This document shows positions 61,613-64,000 of a DNA stretch of 64,000 nucleotides, piece after piece. Made by a program: the position numbers and the translations under genes. How positions within the stretch are numbered: position 1 is the stretch's first letter; every line of letters begins with the position of its first letter. The notes under the pieces were generated by a model. It saw nothing but the letters and a program-made list of their open reading frames with translations, was not told where the DNA came from and did no database searches. Source of the stretch: Zootoca vivipara (Eukaryota); NCBI RefSeq assembly GCF_963506605.1, contig NC_083280.1, positions 41,602,001-41,666,000 of the forward strand, read 5' to 3'.

Positions 61613-62798
61613 GGATGGTTATGCTGCTTTGTCCTTGGTCATTCTCTTCACCCTCCAAGTTAGAGGACAATTGGGAGCCTTCTGAACTCACGACACATTT
61701 TAGATCTCTGGAAAACACGTTTCTGGAGCGCGAACATAATGATAAGTCTGAATACCTTGCTCATCCCTATGGGGTGCCCTCATTGTAGTTGCTCTTCATA
61801 GCTTCAGAATGCCTGACTAACACTACTGTTACTGCAAAATCTGTTGCACTGGACTCTTTTCACTTTGTTATTTGAGGCTCCATGCAAATGATAACTTTTC
61901 AGAGATTTGGAGGCTGTATAGTGGAGCTGTCTGTGGTCCAGCGGTTTATTTCTAATTTTTAAATATCTTGTTTATCCTGTCATGGTCTTTGGTCACCTCA
62001 ATTTAGCTGGGTTTTGTAGCATTTCAGATGGTACCCTCCCCCCAAAAAAACCAAGAGAAACTCATAGAAATGTAGCCAGCAGTAGATGTGCGGTTGTTTT
62101 TATGTGACTATTGCTTATGATAATTCAAAGAAAAACAAGGTACTTGCACTTGATTCCTAAACCAAAAGAGCTTTTTTTAAAAAAGAGGAAAATAAGAAAA
62201 AAGAAAAATAGGACAGGTTTTTACCGCAAAGTAGCTCAATTCAGAATATAGCTTGAAGGAGCTGGATTACTTTATAGATCTTGGAGTTTTGGGGAGCTGT
62301 TGAGACAGAAACTCAGTTCACAAATTACTTGTGTGTAGGTACTCAAGATTTCAAGCTGATGCAGGGCTGTGTTTCTCCTGATATTGTGATGTTCTGCTAG
62401 CTCTACCATCTGATATGTCTGCATGTTGAGCTGCTTTTGTTTAAAGGTTGTGCACAATGAGGATGCCGAATTGCACAGGGTTCCTAATCCTGCAGAGCCC
62501 CTAAGTGTTAGCAGTTGTTCATGTTTAGGGGTTCCTTCGGAGGCAACCATGTTTCAATGTGCCATCATCAGAGAGTAGATGTAGCAAGACATTGTGAGAT
62601 GAGAAGTGTGGTCCTGTTCTGGGTTGAAACTATGAGTTCCCTACACACAAGTAGCATATAAATTGATCTGTACTCTTCCTCCCAGTTGGAAGGTTTACTT
62701 CTTCTGCAATGTGACCTTGTAAATGGAAAGATGTTGTCAGATGTTTGAATTCACTGTTTGTTTCCCCCCCCCCCTTCCCTCTAGTGAAGTCGCCAAAC

Positions 62799-62898
62799 AT
62801 GTCCGGAATCAAAAGAACTATAGAAGAGATGGACCCAGACTACGAGGAGATCTCGCATGTACCTACAAATAAACGTCATAAAGTAGCTGAGCAGTCAG
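62799..62898 (+). CDS. YEATS2: YEATS domain-containing 2, first coding exon (absent from ORF track)
   Basis: Acceptor ctctag|T at 62785; MSGIKRTIEEMDPDYEEISHVPTNKRHKVAEQS matches recalled human MSGIKRTIKETDPDYEDVS...NKRHK; donor G|gtaaaa. Confidence 0.93.
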
Positions 62899-63195
62899 GT
62901 AAAAAATAAAAAATAAATTCGGAAATTGAAGTGGGACAGAGATAAGAGGAGAGTCTATAGGTATTGGTTTGTGTTAGATTTCTAAAATATGCAGAACGCT
63001 GCTGTTTTTCTTTCAAAATAATAGAATTGGTTTCAATATTTCTTTGTGTGAAATTCAAGAGCTTGACTGATGGATCAATTGCCACCATTTCCCATTTAAT
63101 TTTATTAAAAACTTAAATTACTATAGCCAGACTGTACCTGAACTGCAATAATACTTGTTATTACAACACTCTTCTCACATGTTCTGTGGTAGTGG

Positions 63196-63230
<35 letters not shown>

Positions 63231-63239
63231 AAACCACCT

Positions 63240-64000
63240 TGTTTAGTCGTTTAGTCGTGTCCGACTCTTCGTGACCCCATGGACCATAGCACGCCAGGCA
63301 CTCCTGTCTTGCACTGCCTCCCGTAGTTTGGTCAAACTCATGTTCGTAGCTTCAAGAACACTGTCCAACCATCTTGTCCTCTGTCGTCCCCTTCTCCTTG
63401 TGCCCTCCATCTTTCCCAACATCAAGGTCTTTTCCAAGGATTCTTCTCTTCTCATGAGGTGGCCAAAGTATTGGAGCCTCAGCTTCACGATCTGTCCTTC
63501 CAGGGAGCACTCAGGGCTGATTTCCTTAAGAATGGATAGGTTTGATCTTCTAGCAGTCCATGGGACTCTCAAGAGTCTCCTCCAGCACCATAATTCAAAA
63601 GCATCAATTCTTCGGCGATCAGCCTTCTTTATGGTCCAGCTCTCACTTCCATACATCACTACTGGGAAAACCATAGCTTTAACTATACGGACCTTTGTCG
63701 GCAAGGTGATGTCTCTGCTTTTTAAGATGCTGTCTAGGTTTGTCATTGGTTTTCTCCCAAGAAGCAGGCGTCTTTTAATTTCGTGACTGCTGTCACCATC
63801 TGCAGTGATCAAGGAGCCCAAGAAAGTAAAATCTCTCACTGCCTCCATTTCTTCCCCTTCTATTTGCCAGGAGGTGATGGGACCAGTGGCCATGATCTTG
63901 GTTTTTTTGATGTTGAGCTTCAGACCATATTTTGCGCTCTCCTCTTTCACCCTCATTAAAAGGTTCTTTAATTCCTCCTCACTTTCTGCCATCAAGGTTG
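63240..64000 (-). mobile_element. BovB LINE with uninterrupted RT C-terminal ORF, continuing beyond the window
   Basis: 250-aa open frame: GLKLNIKKTKIMA...FTFLGS...EIKRRLLLGRK...SRTRLND*. Confidence 0.96.

Overview
Eukaryotic (vertebrate) genomic DNA, most likely a squamate and probably a lacertid lizard, inferred from the BovB LINEs, Sauria/Squam-type SINEs, Penelope-like elements and abundant hAT and Tc1/mariner MITEs. Gene order is AMER3 (minus strand, 5' part of the CDS, absent from the ORF track), GPR148-like single-exon orphan GPCR (+), KLHL6 (-, 7 coding exons, 611 aa), KLHL24 (+, 6 coding exons, 601 aa, about 6 kb 3' UTR), YEATS2 (+, CpG island and first coding exon). All exon boundaries were reconstructed by hand and join in frame. 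Gene and repeat-family names come from recalled sequences, not from database searches. The most notable non-genic element is a 215-bp TSD-flanked Penelope-type insertion: a perfect 88-bp-arm palindrome carrying two head-to-head minimal hammerhead-ribozyme motifs. Also notable: a 2.76-kb Buster-type hAT in a KLHL24 intron that appears to carry captured DNA and a CpG island, unusual start-codon/uORF architecture in KLHL24 and KLHL6, a rare GAG splice acceptor, a Tyr7.53-to-Cys change in GPR148, and a junction of human 2q21 and 3q27 gene blocks. There is no CRISPR or prokaryotic system. One assembly gap lies at 4458-4603.
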